Positions 53,296 through 63,927 of a stretch of DNA of 64,000 nucleotides are shown one piece after another. The stretch comes from an uncultured Methanosarcinaceae archaeon. Its GTDB lineage: Archaea; Halobacteriota; Methanosarcinia; Methanosarcinales; Methanosarcinaceae. The notes under the pieces were generated by a model, which was given only the letters and a program-made list of their open reading frames with translations, did not search any database and was not told where the DNA came from. Position numbers and translations under genes: made by a program. The number at the start of each line of letters is the position of its first letter. Position 1 is the first letter of the stretch. Where the stretch lies: NCBI GenBank assembly GCA_963721455.1, contig CAVRJG010000046.1, forward strand, positions 26,719 through 90,718, given 5' to 3'.

Positions 53296-53775
53296 TCAGC
53301 TTTGCTCTTCTCCCCGGACGACCATGACCGGGACTTTTGAGCCTCTCACTACTTTTTCTGCAACGCTTCCTATTAGAAACCTTTCGAGCCCGGTTTTTCC
53401 AAGGGTACCCATTACTATCAGGTCAATGTTATTATTTTCTGCGAAATCGATAATTTCATTACTCGGGTGCCCGTCTAAAACAACTTCTCTTACCTCCACT
53501 CCTGAGGCCTCTCCAATCTTCTTAATTTTAGATACTACTTTTTCTCCATCATTTCTCATAATTTTGTAGATTGTTTCTTTACCAGCAGTCCAATTTTCAG
53601 AAATTGTAGAGGGTGTATTTACTACGTAAAGGGCATGGACAGTGGCTCCGCTAAGTTTTGCAATCTCAATACCGTAAGAAATGGCCCTCTGGGTATTCTT
53701 AGATCCGTCTGTTGCAATCACTATATTTCGGTAAAGCTCTCTTTTCATGTGTTGTCCTCCATTTGCTTTACGCAT
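53296..53775 (-). CDS. Universal stress protein (UspA family)
   Basis: IVIATDGS and DLIVMGTLGKTG...GSVAEKVVR motifs. Confidence 0.92.
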   Translation of the reverse strand: MRKANGGQHMKRELYRNIVIATDGSKNTQRAISYGIEIAKLSGATVHALYVVNTPSTISENWTAGKETIYKIMRNDGEKVVSKIKKIGEASGVEVREVVLDGHPSNEIIDFAENNNIDLIVMGTLGKTGLERFLIGSVAEKVVRGSKVPVMVVRGEEQS

Positions 53776-54059
53776 AAAGTACCGATATGACAGAAAAGAT
53801 TAATTCAGTTATCTCATACAGGTTCGATTTTCAGAATTATTTGGGGTATTGCTTTGCAATTTGAGCTAAAAATTCAAAATTATAAAGCTGGATGAGTATA
53901 TTTCCGAAAATAAGGGTTGTAGCCTTTTAAAAAGGCTACCTGGATATTTCCTTAGATATGCTGTTAGCTCAAACCTTTTCGGTTTTTTAATAAAATTGCG
54001 AGATTCTATATTATATCTTTATTTATGACTACAGGTATCTTTTTCTTTGTTTTTTGACT

Positions 54060-55166
54060 TCAATCCTGCTTCTTCTTTCTTAACATGATGAAACAGGCTG
54101 CGAGGGCCATTGCAACACCAGTCCCAATCTGATATCCCGGAAGCGTTTCTTCAGCAGGCAGGACTTTAGTGTTGATCTTGACGCTGTCTGAGACCTGGTC
54201 GTGCCCGTCGGCATCTTCGTAGAGGATCTCGCTGTTAAGGGAATAAGGCTTGGGAGTTGCGGTTTCATCCACACTCATTTCAAAAGCAGCAACCGCGCTT
54301 TCCCCTGGGTTCAGAGTTCCGAGATAAGCCTGGTCGTCGGTGGTACTGAAGGGATCAGCTGCACTGATTCTAACGGTTGCATCTTTTGCAGGTTCTTCTC
54401 CGGTGTTCCTGTATGTGACGTAAAGCATCCCGCTTTCGTCAGGGTAAAGGTCACCTGTTACATTTGTGGCCTCAAAGTAAGGTTCTTTTTTGACTTCTAC
54501 ATCTATAGTCTGGGTCTGAGTCTTGTTTTCGTACCAGATGCCTACCTCCTTGTTTGTCACAAGGCCTGTAGTACTGTCGAACTCGTCCCCTCCTACCTGA
54601 ACATTGTTCTGGTACTTGTACAAAAGTTCCAGGGTTAAGGGATAGGTACCTGCAGAGGTATTTTTGTTAATCTCAATCGTAAACTTTGTGGGGCTTGAAC
54701 TCTGTTTTCCCTGCTTGAGAGTACCTGCTTCCTGGGGACCTGATTTGACCTTAATATTCGGATTGTCGGATTTGAGAGTTGCAAGGATGCCTACTGCTGT
54801 TACAGCCTGAGCTTCATACTGCATTTCTGCCTGCTGGAGCATCTCGTCCGCATAATTTCCCATATCTATCTCATTTTCAGACTTAAAGCCGGAAATTGCG
54901 CCCTTATTCATCATCTCTATATTAAGGGTTACAGTATCTCCTCTGGAATACTCATTGTCTCCGATGAGTGTTGCATTAAGGTCAGGCCCTCCGTACACTG
55001 TGTAGTAGTTTTCACTAATATCGAAATTCTCGGGTAAAGCTGCCTGCGCTGGCAGGACTACAGAGCAAAGGATTAGAAGGGTTGTGAAAGTAGTAAAAAA
55101 TCCATTTTTATTCATTCTCATCACCTGATGCGTTCTCATTATTCTGGTTTCTTTTCCGGTGTACAT
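54060..55166 (-). CDS. COG1361 S-layer-like secreted protein
   Basis: Signal peptide, Ig-like repeats (Y.NTGEEPAKDA...YLGTL.PGES) and a C-terminal TM anchor. Confidence 0.75.
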   Translation of the reverse strand: MYTGKETRIMRTHQVMRMNKNGFFTTFTTLLILCSVVLPAQAALPENFDISENYYTVYGGPDLNATLIGDNEYSRGDTVTLNIEMMNKGAISGFKSENEIDMGNYADEMLQQAEMQYEAQAVTAVGILATLKSDNPNIKVKSGPQEAGTLKQGKQSSSPTKFTIEINKNTSAGTYPLTLELLYKYQNNVQVGGDEFDSTTGLVTNKEVGIWYENKTQTQTIDVEVKKEPYFEATNVTGDLYPDESGMLYVTYRNTGEEPAKDATVRISAADPFSTTDDQAYLGTLNPGESAVAAFEMSVDETATPKPYSLNSEILYEDADGHDQVSDSVKINTKVLPAEETLPGYQIGTGVAMALAACFIMLRKKKQD

Positions 55167-56262
55167 TTACTATCTGGTAAAGGGCGATAAGGATAATCAG
55201 TATGATTGCTATGCCGGTTGTGCTGAATTTCTTTTCTGTGGCTTCAAGGGGCACATTCACTTTCATGCTTTCTGAAAAGGAAGTTTCCCCCTCTTCATCA
55301 ATATATTTTATTTCGCTGTTGATGCCGTAGTTCTTCACAATGGCTTCCTGGCTTGCCAGAATTTCGAATCTGGCAGTTCTATTCTCCCCGGGCCCTATAT
55401 CTCCGAGCCTTACTATAGACTCCTCAGTGCTCAGGGGACTCATAACAATAATCCGGGCTATGGCATCTTTTGCCACGTTTTCTCTGGTGTTTTTATAGAT
55501 AACTTCAATGACTTTACTCTCTCCCTGCACCAGGCTTCCGGAGACATTTGTTACTTCGAATCTAGGTTCGCTTTTTATGGAAATAGGTACTCGGAGAGTC
55601 TCATTTTTCATTTTATACTCTCTTGTGTAATCCATATCCGTGATCCCCAGGTTTATTACATCCGCAGTTACAGTTCGGACGTTTGCCTGGTATTGATAGT
55701 TCACGGGAAGGAGGAGTTCATAATTCCCAGCAGGTGTGTCGCTATCGATTTTCACAGTGTAGCTTAGGGTTGCCGTATTTCCGGTTTCAAGTTCTTCCAC
55801 ACTCTGGACACCGGTTGTGGGCTCGACTTCAATGTACTTCGTTCCCGATTGAAGGGTAGCTTCGATGTCTTTTGCTGTTGTACATTCTTTTTCTTCTTCT
55901 ACCTCTTTCAGTGCAATCGTTTCCTCAATGGAATCGTTTATTTTTTTCTGGTTTACGTTCAGCCTCTGAAAACCATCTATAACTCCGGCATTCGCGATTT
56001 TTACCTTCAGGTCTGCAGTTTCTCCCCTTCTTAACTCGGGATCTCCTGTGATTGACACATGCATGGATGGCTCCCCGTAGCTCCTGTAGTAGTCTACGGT
56101 GTACCCATGGTCTGGAATGAGGAAGTTTGTTTCTTCATCGTCACCGTTATCGTTTCCGAGGGCTGGAAATGCAGTCACTGATACTATTAACAGAATTAAC
56201 GCAAATGTAGCAACTTTTTTAATCATTTTTTGCCTTAATTTTTTTATGGGCACTTGTATCAT
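55108..56262 (-). CDS. COG1361 S-layer-like secreted protein (paralogue)
   Basis: Same architecture as the neighbour (YKNT.E..AKDA, LGDIGPGE, C-terminal TM). Confidence 0.75.
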   Translation of the reverse strand: MIQVPIKKLRQKMIKKVATFALILLIVSVTAFPALGNDNGDDEETNFLIPDHGYTVDYYRSYGEPSMHVSITGDPELRRGETADLKVKIANAGVIDGFQRLNVNQKKINDSIEETIALKEVEEEKECTTAKDIEATLQSGTKYIEVEPTTGVQSVEELETGNTATLSYTVKIDSDTPAGNYELLLPVNYQYQANVRTVTADVINLGITDMDYTREYKMKNETLRVPISIKSEPRFEVTNVSGSLVQGESKVIEVIYKNTRENVAKDAIARIIVMSPLSTEESIVRLGDIGPGENRTARFEILASQEAIVKNYGINSEIKYIDEEGETSFSESMKVNVPLEATEKKFSTTGIAIILIILIALYQIVNVHRKRNQNNENASGDENE

Positions 56263-58613
56263 ATCTCGGCCCCCTGAATTTGTTTTTTTGTCTCTTTCTC
56301 TGCCGTCCTGAGTCCTTTTCTTCTATCTCGCCAGGTATCAAGGATAATAATGAGCGGCGGGAAGACCACAAAGGTTGCAAGGAGAGCCAGCACGACATCG
56401 ATAACCGTAACCATACCAAAGTCAGCTATCATGGGAAAAGGAGAAGCCAGCAGGGCCATGAACCCGAATACTGTAGTCGCTCCCGAAGCAACGATTGCAC
56501 TTCCTATTTTGGCACTGGCCATATGGATTGCTTCCATAGGACTTTGTCCTTTATCCTTTTCTTCAAAGTAACGTTCCATCATCAGAATCGCATACTCGGA
56601 CCCGACTCCTAGAATCAGAGCTCCCAGAGTTGCTGTTAGAGGAGTATAGCTGATGTTAAGGTAGCTCATAACTCCTCCTGACCAGCCGATGACTATAACC
56701 ATTGGGATCACAGGGACCAGGGCTTTCACCCAGTCTCTGTAAACAATATAAAGCCCTGCGAGCACGAGGACAAGGCCGAGGAAAGTCATTGCTACTCTTC
56801 CGCTGGTAAGAGCGGTAATGACTTCCATAAAGACGACCGAACTTCCGGTAATCGTGACTGTGGTGCCCGGTGGGGCTGGCATCCACTGCATATCCTGTTT
56901 GACGATGTTTATAAGTTCTTTAATTCCTGTTAACTTGATGTCTGCAACCGCATTTCCTATGTTGAAGTTCAGGAGAAGCATGTTCTTCCCATACATGTAG
57001 CGGTCTTTCTGTGCCTCAGGAATTTCGGAATAGATGTTCTCTATCTCCTGGCTGGTGTCAGGGATCACGCCCCCATTCCTTTCCTTTACGAGAGATACAA
57101 TGCTCGAAGCGCTGTAAATATGGCCACTGGTTGCCACTTCATGTTCGGAAAACTTGTCAATCCATTTCAGGACAGCCGGATTGGTGATATCCTCAACCTT
57201 GATGATAAGATTTAATTCGTCTTTTCCGCCCATGATATCCCCCATATGCTTTAGATCCAAAAGGGCAGGCATATCCTGGGGTACAAAGGTCTGAACATCA
57301 GTCTGAATAGGTACGGACTGATCGAGGTAGAGGCCGCCAAAACAGAGTAAACATGCGATTCCCAGTACGACAACATCGTATTTTATTGTCAGGTCTGTGG
57401 TTTTCTGGAGAATTTTCCCTATTAGACGGTCGCTTCCGCTTTCTTCCTCTGGCTTTTTCTTCTTTTCCGAATCTGCAGGTTTTATCTTATTTGCTATCTT
57501 CCTCAAGGGATTTCTATCTGAATAGCTATCAAATAATGAAAGCGTTGCAACACCTACGAATATGGAGGAGAGATAACACATAACAATACCTATCATGAGC
57601 AGTTTTCCAAAGTCCTGGATCATTGGTACTGTGGATGTGAATAGGGAGAAAAAACCAAGAGCTGTCATTACCAGAGCTATGAGGACTGCAGGGCCTGTGT
57701 GTTTTACGGTTTCTACAATCGCTGTTGTTTTGTTCCCTTTATCCTGCAGTTCTTCTTCAAGCCTGTTATGGAACTGGATGGCATAGTCGATCCCTACGCC
57801 TATGAGGATCGGGAATGCAGACATTGAAACCATGGACATGGGAATCCCGACATAACCCATAGCTCCGAAGGTGTAAACAATGCCAAGAAGAACCACCGGC
57901 AGAGGAAGAAGACACCAGCGGACATGCCTGAAAACAAGGAGCAGTACCATAACCATGAAAACAGCGGAAAGCCCCAGAAGTATGCCCATACTGGAATTCA
58001 TCTCTTTATTCATGGAGATCTGGAATGCCGGGTCACCTGTAACTATAATATTGTAAGAAGGTGGGAAATCCGCAAATGGGACTGCATCTTCAGTAGCAGT
58101 AAGGATATCTTGCTGAGTTTTGTCACTGGCTGAGCCGGCCATGACTACCGAAATCAGCATATGAGTATTGTCAGGGATAATCTGGCTGAAAACAGCAGGA
58201 TTTCCGTCTATGATAGCTTCTATTTCTTCATCTGTTTCAGGAAGCACATACTTCCCTGTCATCTTGTAGTTGACCGTTTTGATAAGGGAGGCAGGGCTTG
58301 TAGTCTCAATCACTCCATCCGTTGCCTGAAGCTGATGTTCTAACCTGTCCACAGCTTTCATCAGGTCAGCAATCTTCACATCGTTGCCCTCTACCATTAC
58401 AACAATAGACTGTGTCTGAAAAATATTTTGATAAAGGTGATCAAAGTCCTGGTAGAGAGGAGAGCTTTTTCCGACAAAGGTCTCCGTTCCTGATTTCATC
58501 TCGATTAGCTGTGCTCCCTGCATTGCTATGATTATGCACAGGAAAGCTATCAGGAGTACGGAAAAACGGTTATTTTGAATAAAAAACCCCAGTTTTTCAA
58601 AAGATTTTTTAAT
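56259..58613 (-). CDS. MMPL/RND-family (HAE3) transporter
   Basis: Two repeats with GVGIDYAI and GVGSEYAI. The frame stays open 30 codons upstream of the ATG at 58523, to an ATT at 58613, and this extension encodes TM1. Confidence 0.88.
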   Translation of the reverse strand: MKKSFEKLGFFIQNNRFSVLLIAFLCIIIAMQGAQLIEMKSGTETFVGKSSPLYQDFDHLYQNIFQTQSIVVMVEGNDVKIADLMKAVDRLEHQLQATDGVIETTSPASLIKTVNYKMTGKYVLPETDEEIEAIIDGNPAVFSQIIPDNTHMLISVVMAGSASDKTQQDILTATEDAVPFADFPPSYNIIVTGDPAFQISMNKEMNSSMGILLGLSAVFMVMVLLLVFRHVRWCLLPLPVVLLGIVYTFGAMGYVGIPMSMVSMSAFPILIGVGIDYAIQFHNRLEEELQDKGNKTTAIVETVKHTGPAVLIALVMTALGFFSLFTSTVPMIQDFGKLLMIGIVMCYLSSIFVGVATLSLFDSYSDRNPLRKIANKIKPADSEKKKKPEEESGSDRLIGKILQKTTDLTIKYDVVVLGIACLLCFGGLYLDQSVPIQTDVQTFVPQDMPALLDLKHMGDIMGGKDELNLIIKVEDITNPAVLKWIDKFSEHEVATSGHIYSASSIVSLVKERNGGVIPDTSQEIENIYSEIPEAQKDRYMYGKNMLLLNFNIGNAVADIKLTGIKELINIVKQDMQWMPAPPGTTVTITGSSVVFMEVITALTSGRVAMTFLGLVLVLAGLYIVYRDWVKALVPVIPMVIVIGWSGGVMSYLNISYTPLTATLGALILGVGSEYAILMMERYFEEKDKGQSPMEAIHMASAKIGSAIVASGATTVFGFMALLASPFPMIADFGMVTVIDVVLALLATFVVFPPLIIILDTWRDRRKGLRTAEKETKKQIQGAEI

Positions 58614-58839
58614 AGTTGATTCCTCTCATATTTTTTAGTGTGAAATGAAATTTGGGAACTCTGATTCAAAACTTCAACCTTCCGGTTTTTTCCTTAGGGC
58701 TGGAGGTCTCCCATTCAAGGTTTGTTTATATACACATTTATCTTTTTTCTACTGTTTACGTATCTCTTTAGTGTCGTAGATCTGGCGACGTATTATAGAT
58801 AGAAAAGATTTAAATCTATTGTTACTTTAGAGGTAACAA

Positions 58840-59610
58840 ATGTTTTCACAAATTAATCCTCAATTAATTTGCAACCTTGAAAAGCTCGGGCTAACTGAAA
58901 ATGAGGCCAAAGCCTATGTGGGGCTTGTCAGTTTGAGAGAGGCTACAGCCCGCGAGATTCATGAACTTACAAATGTGCCGAGAGCCAAAATATATGAGAT
59001 CCTTAAAGTGCTTGCGAAAAAAGGCTATCTGGAAGTACGACAGGGAACCCCAACGTCTTTCCGGGCAGTTGACCCCAGGCAGGTAATCGGGAAGATAAAA
59101 GATGAATTCCTAAACTGCGCAATCGAGACACTTGGCCAGCTCAACGAACTGAGTTATGAACTTCCAAAGACCTCTCCTGTATGGTACATCCAGAGTGACT
59201 GGGGAATAAAGAACCGGATCCGTGAAATCATGGCTGGGGTAAAGGAGGAATTGATTCTTTTCTCGTCCAGCCCTGAGTTTCTGAAGGAGTTTGAACCGGA
59301 GTTAAAAAAACTGGAGAAAACCTGTAATCTAACCCTTATCGTTAATGAACTGGACAGGTTCAGATCACTGCCTTTTGAATTCAGGGAAACAACAAAAGAG
59401 TTTACGGAGTTCCTGAATAACATTGTAATTGAGGGAGTCCGGTATAATGAAGAATTCTTCATGATTGCCGATGGAAAGGAATCAATAGGGGTTCACAGTG
59501 CAGGGAACAAAAGAGAAGCAGTGGTAATCAAACTGCCGATTGTCTCTTATATGCAGAAAATGATCTATGAAAGGGTGCTTGAGCCAAGTTTTGTCAAAAA
59601 GGACAGGTAG
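58840..59610 (+). CDS. TrmB-family transcriptional regulator
   Basis: LGLTENEAKAY..L, VPRAKIYEIL..L.KKG wHTH; divergent from the RND operon. Confidence 0.9.
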   Translation: MFSQINPQLICNLEKLGLTENEAKAYVGLVSLREATAREIHELTNVPRAKIYEILKVLAKKGYLEVRQGTPTSFRAVDPRQVIGKIKDEFLNCAIETLGQLNELSYELPKTSPVWYIQSDWGIKNRIREIMAGVKEELILFSSSPEFLKEFEPELKKLEKTCNLTLIVNELDRFRSLPFEFRETTKEFTEFLNNIVIEGVRYNEEFFMIADGKESIGVHSAGNKREAVVIKLPIVSYMQKMIYERVLEPSFVKKDR

Positions 59611-59823
59611 CCGCCTACAGGTCAGAGTTCTACAGTTGTTCTTAACCTTCAGGATACTTATTCTCGGACACTTTAAATCATAAGTTTGCCCGGAATTTTA
59701 AGGGCTCTTTTCTCTTTAAAGAATAGAGTCAACGCTGTCGGATACTATTAATATAATCCCGGAACAATCCTTCTATAAGTTTTTCTCACAAGCTCAGTTA
59801 CGGAGTCCGGAGGTGTATCTGAA

Positions 59824-60486
59824 ATGAACAGTGTAAAGATTGGGAATGTTACTATTCAGTGGTTGGGTCACTCTGGTTTTTTGCTTGAAGGGGACGGTAA
59901 AAAGATTTACATCGACCCCTATGAACTCAGTGAAGAGCCGGCTTTTGATGATAAGGCAGATATCCTGTTGATCACTCATGAGCACTTTGACCACTGCAGC
60001 CCTGAAGATATACGAAAAGTCAGGCGGTCTGACTCAACCACGCTGATCCCTGAGAGCTGTTCCCTGCAATTCAGGGGGGACGCAAGGCGGGTTTCTGAGG
60101 GGGATATCCTGGCTGACGGGCTTGAAATCAAAGGAATTCGGATTGAGGTAGTTCCTGCATATAATCTCGATAAACCTTATCATCCCCGTGGATTCGGAGT
60201 CGGGTACATCGTAGAGATTGGAGGAATCAGGATCTATCATGCAGGGGACTGCGATTTCTTCCCTGAGATGAAAAGCATAAAGGCCGATGTCGCCCTTTTG
60301 CCTATAGGAGGCACGTATACAATGGATGAGGAAGAGGCAGCCAGCGCAGTTGCAGCTATATCCCCGAAGACCGCAATTCCGATGCATTACGGGAAATCAG
60401 ACATAAAGGATGGAAATCCCGAAAAGTTTAAAACCTTTGTACACGGCAAGAATCCGGATATTAATGTGATTATTCTTGATTCCTGA
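59824..60486 (+). CDS. MBL-fold metallo-hydrolase
   Basis: WLGHSGF, THEHFDH, YHAGD and IPMHYG motifs. Confidence 0.9.
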   Translation: MNSVKIGNVTIQWLGHSGFLLEGDGKKIYIDPYELSEEPAFDDKADILLITHEHFDHCSPEDIRKVRRSDSTTLIPESCSLQFRGDARRVSEGDILADGLEIKGIRIEVVPAYNLDKPYHPRGFGVGYIVEIGGIRIYHAGDCDFFPEMKSIKADVALLPIGGTYTMDEEEAASAVAAISPKTAIPMHYGKSDIKDGNPEKFKTFVHGKNPDINVIILDS

Positions 60487-60553
60487 TTTATCTTTTTAAC
60501 GAAAAACAGAAATCGGATTCTGATACGAGAGAATCCACAGGATCGGTCTACCC

Positions 60554-60877
60554 ATGTCTAAAATGGCAAGAAAACAACAAAAAAACCTGATTCAGGTTAT
60601 CGCAACCCAGCGCATGTGGCGGCTTTTTGAGCTTGCGAAAAGGGAATACGCAGAACATCCTGACCGCAGCGAGCGTTACGTGCAGCTTATCAGGAATATT
60701 TCGATGAGGAACAGGATGAGCATTCCAAGGGAGATCAAAAGCAGAATCTGTAAACACTGTTATGCTTTCCTCGTGCCCGGAAATAATGCCCGCTACAGGC
60801 TGAAAGAAGGATACGTTGTTGTTTCCTGCCAGCGCTGCGGAAAAGAGATGAGGTATCCTTATAAAAAATTAAAATAA
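60554..60877 (+). CDS. rnp4: Ribonuclease P protein component 4 (Rpp21)
   Basis: RYV..I..I.MR, ICKHC..FLVPG and CQRCG..MRYPY motifs. Confidence 0.92.
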   Translation: MSKMARKQQKNLIQVIATQRMWRLFELAKREYAEHPDRSERYVQLIRNISMRNRMSIPREIKSRICKHCYAFLVPGNNARYRLKEGYVVVSCQRCGKEMRYPYKKLK

Positions 60878-60983
60878 AGGTTAACTGGATTTATAGGGGC
60901 TGCCTTAAAGCTCAGACCGGGAACTTCTCAAATTGTCTCTTTTTCCCTATCAAGAAACAAAATGTAACTTTAGGTTCTGACCT

Positions 60984-61295
60984 TTAAGTTCTGGCAGAAC
61001 TCTCCTGGCCTCGCATCTTCTTTATGGATGAAGCTATCTGTTTTGCAATGACGGATTTCGGACCTTTATCGTCCACAAGCACTCTCCCGCTTACTTCCCA
61101 CCATGTCTTTGGGTAGGCTTTTTCCGGCTCTACTTCAGGGTTTAAGCCAAGTTGCCTTGCTGCTTCTTTTATCTCATTGAGCCGCGGCTCCTTTATCGCA
61201 TTTTTTCGGGAGATTATTCTGCCGCTGCTCCTTGATTTTGTCTGGTCGATGTATGCTGGCCAGATTACAAGTTTTCCCTTATCTTTCATCATCAT
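60984..61295 (-). CDS. srp19: Signal recognition particle 19 kDa protein
   Basis: VIWPAYID..KSRSSGR and KAYPKTWW..SGRVLV motifs. Confidence 0.93.
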   Translation of the reverse strand: MMMKDKGKLVIWPAYIDQTKSRSSGRIISRKNAIKEPRLNEIKEAARQLGLNPEVEPEKAYPKTWWEVSGRVLVDDKGPKSVIAKQIASSIKKMRGQESSART

Positions 61296-61451
61296 GTTAT
61301 CTTCGTTCTAAATTGCTTTCATGCAATTTAAAACTGCCCCGGAAGCCTCTTCATATACAGGTCTTCTTTCTTATCTGTAGAGTTTTTCATTTTCTTGAAT
61401 TTTCAACCTGTAATTATTTATCTTCCCCGGACAACTTTGCATGGTGTTAAT

Positions 61452-61709
61452 ATGATTCCGTCGTTTGCAATTGATGAAAAGGTAAGAGCTTACATAAGAA
61501 AAAACGGGCAGGATTTCAGGCTCTCCACATCCCCTGAGGGTCCTGTACTTCTTCCGCTCGGTACAGCCTCTCCCAAACCTTCCGACATTAAAATACTCAT
61601 TGGTAGTAATGTTCTTTATATTTCCAAGCTTCAGGCAAAATACATAAAAAAAGTTGACTGGCCTATGGTGGAAAGGTTCCTGAATTCTTCCGGAGAGTTT
61701 AAAACGTGA
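61452..61709 (+). CDS. Small conserved hypothetical protein
   Basis: ATG at 61452; contains DFRLSTSPEGPVLLP...PKPSDIKI.IG...LYIS. Confidence 0.6.
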   Translation: MIPSFAIDEKVRAYIRKNGQDFRLSTSPEGPVLLPLGTASPKPSDIKILIGSNVLYISKLQAKYIKKVDWPMVERFLNSSGEFKT

Positions 61710-61914
61710 ATTTTGCTATCTGCCGGGCTTACTCCTTTTATTGAGAAACCGGGCTTTTGTCATATTTCTTATAGATGTCTATCCGTCTTGTTTATTAAGA
61801 AGAGGGAGCATAGGATAAATGTTGACCTGTTCCAGATCCTGCACGGGCTTCACCTCAGGAGAGAGGGAAATTGCCGCAGGCTGAAAAGAGATCGCTTCAA
61901 GCTCAAGGGAGAAT

Positions 61915-62784
61915 TTGTCTGTGAAAATGAGAACGAAAACCGTGTTTATGCTCCTTGCCCTGCTGGTGGTCTTCGTATCGGGCTGTATGGGTGAAAAAAA
62001 GGAAATTGTTCCGAATGAGCCTGGCAATATCTCTAATTATGAATTTGAGGTTTTTCTGAACGAATCGGATGTTCAGGCGCCTGCAAATACCACCACGTAC
62101 TATCTTCTGGAAAACAAAACAAGAGTGCAGGTTGTAAATATTGTAATAAACACCAGCAAGCTTGAGATCTATCCTCCTGATACCCTGGGCGGCAGTTCAG
62201 AGGACAATCCTATTGAAAACTTTGTACTGCTTGTAGACCCTGCAAACGAGACCACAGCAAGCCCGCAGACTTTTAAAGAGCTTTCCACCAGAAATGAGAC
62301 CTCGGCTATCAATTATACTCTGACTCAGGAAATTAGCCGGAGCATGAAAGTTATACACCTGGAGTTCAAAGAGCCTGTGACAGGCTTTATTGCATATACT
62401 CTTGAGACACCGGCAACTCAGAGCTTTGCATTCCTTAAACCTGATTCCGAATTCATCCGCGTGGTTCTTCCCGAGGGGTATGTAACTGGCAACAGGGTGT
62501 TCGGGATAGCAAGGCCGGAGCCTTCGGATGTAACTTTTGATGAAAAAGGAAGGCAGACTCTCCTTTGGATTTCTTCGGAGATGGGAGCTCGAGAAGAGGT
62601 TATTCAGGTGAAATATTATACAAAATCGGCACCTCTATTTTTCTCAGCCGCAATTATAGCCCTGCTCTCCGGAGTTGGTCTTGTGCTTTTACATTATGTC
62701 AGGAGCAAAAAAGAACTCGAAGCTGTTAGAGGAATTTTCGAGCTCGAAAAGGAATATGAGAAGAAACAGCGAAAACGAAAATAA
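61915..62784 (+). CDS. Membrane-anchored lipoprotein (DUF5803-like)
   Basis: Lipobox VSGC, VVLPEGY..GNRVFG.ARP and a C-terminal TM. Confidence 0.6.
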   Translation: MSVKMRTKTVFMLLALLVVFVSGCMGEKKEIVPNEPGNISNYEFEVFLNESDVQAPANTTTYYLLENKTRVQVVNIVINTSKLEIYPPDTLGGSSEDNPIENFVLLVDPANETTASPQTFKELSTRNETSAINYTLTQEISRSMKVIHLEFKEPVTGFIAYTLETPATQSFAFLKPDSEFIRVVLPEGYVTGNRVFGIARPEPSDVTFDEKGRQTLLWISSEMGAREEVIQVKYYTKSAPLFFSAAIIALLSGVGLVLLHYVRSKKELEAVRGIFELEKEYEKKQRKRK

Positions 62785-62885
62785 TCCTGCGAGGAGATTT
62801 TTTTCCTCCGGATTTTGTTTTCTTAAAATTCATCTTTTTCGGATAATTAATAAATTATTTATGGCAGTTTGCCCATATTTTCTCC

Positions 62886-63572
62886 TTGATGAAGCCCTGG
62901 GGAAAAATCCGGTATAAACATTTCTTTTCATCAGAATCAGTGTCAGAAGCCGTAACCCCTGTTATAGGTTCCCTTCTCATGTTGCTAATTTTATTTGTAC
63001 TCGCAGGTGCGGCTGCTACTAATGTTTTTAACATTGCCGGGGGCGGCACGAACTCTCAACCTCTGGCGGCAAAAATTTCTCTTGAATCCTGCGAAGGGGG
63101 ACTTTTTAATAATGGACCTGAAGATGAGAGGGCTACGCTTGAGAATAACACAATCGTGCTTGTGCACGAAGGAGGCAGTTCTCTTCCTCTTGACACCGTT
63201 TCCATAAAGGTTTCAGGATATGGGAATTCCTACACGGGTATTGCTGATGGAAATGGGACAAAGATTGTAGGAAACACGGAAGTCTTTTACCAGAACCTGA
63301 GCCCGACAGGGAAAAACCCCAAATACATGACCCGAAATAATCAAGTCCTTAAAGATGGCTCCTGGACCGTTGGAGAAAAACTGATCCTCTGCGGACAGGA
63401 CAGTTCGACATTCATCGATTCAAGTGTAAAAGTAAGTGTTGATGGAGTCGGTAATACTTCTGACAATTATGGCTTTAAAGCAGGCTCCGAAATTATATTG
63501 AAGGTTGTTGACATTCAAAGCAGGAATATTCTTGCTGAACAGAGAATTTTTGTAAAGCATGCAGGAGGATGA
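62886..63572 (+). CDS. Archaeal type IV pilin-like protein (class III signal peptide)
   Basis: EAVTPVIGSLLMLLI prepilin N-terminus, HEGG..L and W.VGE motifs. Confidence 0.8.
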   Translation: MMKPWGKIRYKHFFSSESVSEAVTPVIGSLLMLLILFVLAGAAATNVFNIAGGGTNSQPLAAKISLESCEGGLFNNGPEDERATLENNTIVLVHEGGSSLPLDTVSIKVSGYGNSYTGIADGNGTKIVGNTEVFYQNLSPTGKNPKYMTRNNQVLKDGSWTVGEKLILCGQDSSTFIDSSVKVSVDGVGNTSDNYGFKAGSEIILKVVDIQSRNILAEQRIFVKHAGG

Positions 63573-63687
63573 AATGAAAAAAAAGGAAACCTCCGTTTTC
63601 ATTGTCTGATTTAACCTGAGCTCTTTTCTATAAACTTTGTTCTTATTATCCTCTTTTTTGCCTTTTTTTGGATCTGACAAAGTCAAA

Positions 63688-63927
63688 TTACAGTCCCGCT
63701 CTTTCAACCATTATGTCTGCCACGTGTTTTGCATCTTTGAACGGGAAATCCTTTTCAGTAATCAGGCTTTCCGCCTCTTTTGCAGTAACTTCAACATCAC
63801 CTATTCTGCACGTGGTGTCCAGCCCCTCGGGTAAGGCAGCAATCAACTCATCCATCGTGTTTATGGGAAATTTTGCATCTTTAAGTATTGCAAGGATCTG
63901 TTCGTAAACTTCTTCCTTTACGTTCAT
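63688..63927 (-). CDS. MTH865-family protein
   Basis: AKFPI.T..EL..ALPEG..TTC and DFPFK.A..VAD motifs. Confidence 0.8.
   Translation of the reverse strand: MNVKEEVYEQILAILKDAKFPINTMDELIAALPEGLDTTCRIGDVEVTAKEAESLITEKDFPFKDAKHVADIMVERAGL

Noticed and set aside
59608-59610. TAG stop of the TrmB gene as a pyrrolysine codon
   Set aside because: The protein is already full length for the family and nothing downstream looks like a conserved extension.
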